In this document: piece after piece, positions 62,401 to 64,000 of the stretch | How positions within the stretch are numbered: the first letter of the stretch is position 1 | Layout: each line of letters opens with the position of its first letter | Assembly (NCBI RefSeq): GCF_006345805.1 | Contig: NC_043004.1 | Location: 76,322,001 to 76,386,000 of the forward strand | Origin: Octopus sinensis | Taxonomy: Eukaryota | Reading direction: 5' to 3' | Length of the DNA stretch: 64,000 bases | The notes under the pieces: model-generated | What the model was told of the DNA's origin: nothing | The model's database searches: none | What the model saw: the letters and a program-made list of their open reading frames with translations, nothing else | Position numbers and translations under genes: made by a program

Positions 62401-63247
62401 ATATTAACCATTCTCCAGGTCTTAAATCGTACTTTATTTCATCGACTCCAGAACAATGAGAATGAAAGCTGACTTCAGCAAGATTTGATCTTGAGACATA
62501 AAGGGTTGTAATTGAATTACTCCAGCAATTAATGATTCCAACGATTCATTATCTCGATATTCTTTGCTTCAATGAGCCAAGGGAGCTCATATGTGATTTT
62601 TTCGCTTTGCTAGAAATAGCAGCTAAATCTCTTTCAAATTATACCATACCGTCCTAGAAATGAGACATTGTATAATGTGGTACTGACCTATTGAATATAG
62701 CAAAAAACGTGAGATGGTCACGATTGGAGCGCCATCGTGTTCATGGATCTGCTCAGTCAAAGGTGACCTAGGAAAAAAAACAAAAGCAACGAAGGACCTT
62801 CCACATGCGCACTATACTTGCTTGAAATAACAGCCAAATTACCAACAAATCACAACGTATCTGCTTAACAATGGAAGGACGCAGTAGACAATGTGAGTCC
62901 TAGATACTAGAAAATGCGAGACAGTCATGGCTGGAAACATTCTGATCATCGGTTGGCCTGCGGTTAAACAACAACCCTTTTCATATTATTTTCCATCCAT
63001 TCGTTTTCGCTGCCCATCGTTTCAAGCACCTCCTCCATCGAGTCCTATCAGAAGAGACTGTCCCAAACACGACCAACTTAAACTATGGATATTGTTCAAC
63101 TATTTCGTTCTTGGTCTCCCTCAAGAATCTCGCCAATTCTTTCCTGCGACATTTCAGTCACATATCTGTTGTATTTATTTATTCATAACAATTTCGAAAC
63201 ATCGCAACCCTCCTCTGCCCATGGCCTACAAACTTAACAAAACTTAC

Positions 63248-63457
63248 GAACTTTCCTGTTTGACACCTCGATTAGTTCCATGTATCGAGTGAGAATAGAT
63301 TCTGCATTTACAAAGCGAGAGAGTCCTGACAACATCGTTACAATAAAGAATCGATGTCAAACAGGAAGACATCTTTTGAATAATAAAACCTCTTGAAATC
63401 CCATGATCCAATGCGAGTTTAAAAAGCTTGAGCCATGAAATAGAAACTTTATTATTA
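63248..63457 (-). CDS. Candidate internal exon (210 nt, symmetric phase, one frame open)
   Basis: Acceptor ttttctttttattcag|T, donor TC|gtaagt; open frame NNKVSISWLKLFKLALDHG...VKQES; product not recognised. Confidence 0.45.
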
Positions 63458-64000
63458 CTGAATAAAAAGAAAATTGACATTCGATGTTGATACTGTCCTT
63501 CTTCTCGAGACTTACATTAATTTTTATTCTAAAGAAATGTTACAACAAACTGGTTCGACCGGTTTGCATCATAATTGCAATGTTCTTCTTGAGCAAAATA
63601 AAATGAAACAATAACAAACGACAGCTGTAGTTAAATGTAACTTTTGCCTCCTACTCTTTTCAGAGGATAGGCTGTAATGTTGGGGGAGACTTCACTGCGA
63701 TTTCTAGCGAGTATAATGACTGTGTAGTGACTCCTTCAATATTCGTTTGTAGCCTGGGGTTTGCTCTGATCAAACAGACCTATGAACAAATGTGCTGTAG
63801 TCGTGACCACCCAGGCAAAGTGTAGCTAGAATCGTTGGAGCGTCGAACAAAATGTTTGCGCTATTCAATTATAGTTCTTATGTTTTGAGTTCTAATCTCT
63901 CTGAGGATCACCTTTTGACTTGCATTCTTCTTGAATCGATAAAATAAGTGGCGGTCGTCTATTTGTGTCCAATAAACCATCCTAGTTGGGAACAGAATGT

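Overview
AT-rich eukaryotic, repeat-saturated DNA, probably intronic or intergenic. The SINE families and microsatellite load resemble an octopus genome; that assignment is inferred from memory and not verified. No complete host gene is present. There are two well-bounded candidate minus-strand exons (12605-12864, 63248-63457) and a CpG-rich promoter-like island (~20040-20400). Mobile DNA includes four tRNA-derived SINE families and three Penelope-like elements (PLEs), one a near full-length Neptune-like copy with a 1.5 kb inverted arm. There is also a young 5'-truncated CR1-group LINE, an R4/Dong-like LINE 3' fragment, non-autonomous Helitrons and a Helentron-type element, a Tc1 remnant and MITEs. 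The main signal is about 16 minimal type I hammerhead ribozyme (HHR) motifs found by eye in about 10 unrelated sequence contexts. They include ORF-less tandem units of 492 bp and 361-363 bp with one HHR per unit (retrozyme-like), a compensatory U3:A8 core variant in two families, and a tRNA-headed SINE with an HHR. A rearranged second copy of that SINE breaks exactly at the predicted cleavage site. All structures were folded by eye and none were computed. Most long ORFs in the track are microsatellite artefacts.
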